From a virus (lineage: Duplodnaviria > Caudoviricetes), in the IMG/VR virus record IMGVR_UViG_3300017909_002824, positions 1-46,473 of that record: a stretch of DNA of 46,473 nt; one strand, given 5' to 3'. This document shows, piece after piece, positions 44,801-46,473 of the stretch (its first letter is position 1; each line of letters opens with the position of its first letter). The notes below the pieces were generated by a model. The model was not told the origin of the DNA. It saw only the letters and a program-made list of their open reading frames with translations, and searched no databases. Both the position numbers and the translations under genes were made by a program.

Positions 44801-46473
44801 ATTAAAACCAGACGAGGAACTCAATAAAGAGTCATACGATTTACAAGATGGTTATGACTATTTGGCCTCTGATAGAAGATTAGAAACATGGAACAACAAA
44901 TTAGATAAACTGGTACGGATGGAAAGTGAAATAGGTTCAGACGATGTCACATATAACTTTCTTCCTTCCTATAATGATTATGTAATAGGTTCTATACATT
45001 TAGATAGGTATTTTGAACGCAAAAAACGATATGGACTACCAGATCCAACTCTTCGTCCTTTAGTTAAAGAAAGATTTGATGCTATTAAAAAATTCTTGTC
45101 AGCATTTAATAAAATTTTCAAAGCAGAAGGGTTCAGTGATTTAGCACAAGAAATCAAAGGTAAAAGAACACTTGATAGGCGTAACACAGATTTTGAAAAA
45201 AATGTTAGAAATAATGCCTTAGCAACATTAAATATACCATCACACAGTTTTGCATATATAAAGAAAGATTTCTATACTGATAATATAGATGATAATTATG
45301 GAGACATTGAAGATGTCAACCAGCGAGTGATAATGAGAGCCGTTGATGTAAATGATGGATTAAATAACCAAGGGCAGATATATGTGATACCTTCTGCACA
45401 CTGGAGTCAGGCTGACGATGCCTACAATGGACTGGATCTTATACAAAGTATGGAAAAGGCTGACAACTATTATCACAGTTGGCGTAGAGCAGGTTATAGA
45501 AAGATACTGAGTAAATTTGCCGCTAAGTATAATATACCATTTGAAGACTTAGTGTATGGAGAAAATTATTACTCTTTCATGAACATAGATAATATCTATG
45601 ATAAATTAAACAAAAAAGGTATTGAGATAACTCGTGCTGGAGATAGTAGAGCAGGGGCACCTGGTCAAGATTATTTGGTCGACCCAGAAGTTCTTAAAAA
45701 TCCTATAAGCGATGAACCCATTGATCGTGGTAGTGCCTTTATGTGGAATCAAATGGATGATGAAGAAAAAGAAATGAAAAGATTCAACGCATTTGATTTC
45801 AGTGTATATCCTAAACCTATGAAAGGTTTAGTTGCTAAAGAACTAAAAGGCATGAAAGAGAAAGAAGGTTACTACAGTTTAAAAGTTGCTTTAGATAATG
45901 TACTTAAAAAAATAAACAATGGAGAAATAAAATTAGCACTCAAAAGAATAGACAACGTAGACGGCATGGCACAAGCGGCTGGTGTTGATGCAATGGATTC
46001 TTATAATTCCTCCTCATCAGAAGTTGCTTATAGAACAAACTGGAGTAATTTAACTGACTACTTAGGAATAGAACGTGGTGTAAATGACCAAGGTGTAAAC
46101 TTACTAAAAAGAGTTTATGATCAATATGACAGTGATCACAACTGGAGACCAGAAAATCCAGAAGCAATAGGTGTAGAAAGATGGGCCGCCGCAGTCAAGG
46201 CCGCATTTGAGTATATTCAAAAGAATTATACTGTGGGTGCTGGAAACTATTTTAGAAAAGATGCTGAAGGTAATGCTGGAGATAATGTCAGTGGTGTATA
46301 TGGTTCTGAAGTATCAGAGCAAGATTATGCTGATGTGCGAGAAAAATATCGTATGTTTAATGCTATGATGCAGAATGGTATTCAATTTTATATTATGAAA
46401 CCAGATGTAAACAGATTGGTAGGCTTCTTAAAAAATCCTGACAATGACGAACTACTTAAACAGGCTGTGTTAA
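41862..46473 (+). CDS. Giant protein (>1537 aa, 3'-truncated) containing a putative amidoligase (COOH-NH2 ligase) domain
   Basis: GTG start after AGGAG; frame read as open to the window end; motifs CGFEAE, WSVETDSSI, AELISP, STGFHVTMS, IEFRIAGG. Confidence 0.8.
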   Translation, partial: MKAKDVRSISTLIKEYGMTPGPPTPVSQQKSGALAKQIDSQRKQKSIVNKQSPSPTTGKQIKVNPQVAQPVTKKFGNQLKKNDVIRDVKTGAPLGMVVSPIGQGQVKDKVIVQDAGGNIVALNPQTEYTVDMYEGSLLKKRNTLKGRIKKLSRKRLKEAKPELFEINFNRREVATSALDAPVKCGFEAESFFYNVDEYGPSDDVDNMSVSEVEYEFGDLPDVAYSDYNDWIMEKAMDEYLPGYVDNWIEENRDEDEFIQDFMNSGNGPTEEAVEEYREEFKERDPSEYENREEDGWDFDNWARDFINEEYGYDYEDFLRDIANDDDQLRDDAVNECEGDYTMDDWIGDQWYSMSSFLDDYGFEYSSESGSVEGVANEFFNGWIEDNSRFDSFPDYGEYGSTNNPGGWSVETDSSIDPDSGAAAELISPVYSSPRDMLEEAKSLFKYAEDNFGTNNSTGFHVTMSWQGKPRAGSQGTEPNKLKMALLLGDEYLLDQFGRLRNSYTKSQYQNILKHAEKMKKGSSESFLKLQSELKSGISSDKFSTIHFKGQTDRQGDAGNELIEFRIAGGSDYTEDYKKIVKAVVRYATIMKAGYDDDAFRKDYINALYRVIRKASEVDPKTVSQFDELNSPVTDAAKEIVSKKEYFEVLKSLENAMEHFNTYKNLSSPDADKKWKQSIEDFRKGTGKDPSWMGEAIYEEEITGYLEPNSVAPSKQAPEHLEKAKRSFAHACVLLANDIAQGTARATPKSKHISAFRNMAKELGFDKTSLEQELLQQIDDVNIEGSDKEKIVTLKQGVEDLFKQELIGAPEFFNSQDFDIIADGLWQFFQTVDAKDNVKLDELAELIQKVNPKIDKVNIIKDLKAISHRRQKNELYRDLKQGSYSGATNGFFKTGMVSNQDAVEKLKTFLQAYQGYEHPTSRDHHTNMRSDDEYASVYQMNLVQKLRGRLDFINELSQADPEKADKLKKDLIKIGIEFLTALKPDEELNKESYDLQDGYDYLASDRRLETWNNKLDKLVRMESEIGSDDVTYNFLPSYNDYVIGSIHLDRYFERKKRYGLPDPTLRPLVKERFDAIKKFLSAFNKIFKAEGFSDLAQEIKGKRTLDRRNTDFEKNVRNNALATLNIPSHSFAYIKKDFYTDNIDDNYGDIEDVNQRVIMRAVDVNDGLNNQGQIYVIPSAHWSQADDAYNGLDLIQSMEKADNYYHSWRRAGYRKILSKFAAKYNIPFEDLVYGENYYSFMNIDNIYDKLNKKGIEITRAGDSRAGAPGQDYLVDPEVLKNPISDEPIDRGSAFMWNQMDDEEKEMKRFNAFDFSVYPKPMKGLVAKELKGMKEKEGYYSLKVALDNVLKKINNGEIKLALKRIDNVDGMAQAAGVDAMDSYNSSSSEVAYRTNWSNLTDYLGIERGVNDQGVNLLKRVYDQYDSDHNWRPENPEAIGVERWAAAVKAAFEYIQKNYTVGAGNYFRKDAEGNAGDNVSGVYGSEVSEQDYADVREKYRMFNAMMQNGIQFYIMKPDVNRLVGFLKNPDNDELLKQAVL

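Noticed and set aside
41997-46167. Short minus-strand ORFs and an apparent non-coding desert at the window end
   Set aside because: They are shadows of the giant + strand ORF 41862..>46473, which the track omitted because its stop codon lies outside the window.
1-46473. CRISPR array, tRNA or rRNA genes
   Set aside because: No repeat-spacer periodicity and no cloverleaf/T-loop signatures seen; intergenic gaps are short and explained by promoters and terminators. tRNAscan was not run.
1-46473. Stop-codon reassignment, as seen in some large phages
   Set aside because: Core genes are full length in the standard code, and TAA, TAG and TGA all end genes at sensible positions.

Overview
46.5 kb, AT-rich segment of a large lytic myovirus distantly related to T4; nothing indicates a cellular chromosome. 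Almost all genes are on the + strand. The window contains: (1) a morphogenesis block (neck, dNMP kinase, tail sheath, tail tube, tube-like baseplate protein, head-completion nuclease, terminase); (2) a recombination block (gp32-like SSB, UvsX, UvsY); (3) a short early island with three tandem sigma70-type promoters; (4) a phage-encoded TonB-dependent outer-membrane receptor; (5) a replication/metabolism block (UvsW, kinase-nucleotidyltransferase fusion, GIY-YIG, MetK, Apt, ThyX, MazG-like, a 194-aa miniature DnaE-like catalytic core, primase, DnaB-like helicase); (6) a late block of probable capsid-internal proteins with I/L-x-E protease motifs. The late block includes an RNA-ligase-like protein, four small paralogous cassettes and a >1537-aa amidoligase-domain ORF that runs off the window and is absent from the ORF track. 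A late promoter (G/A/T/C)ATAAATA recurs about 15 times and often sits only 5-6 nt before a start codon, which suggests leaderless mRNAs. The most novel-looking non-coding signal is a candidate late-expressed small RNA (about 20689-20762) whose hairpin loop is complementary to the ribosome-binding site of the adjacent early AAA-ATPase gene. All product calls come from motifs read by eye plus synteny; no database searches were run.
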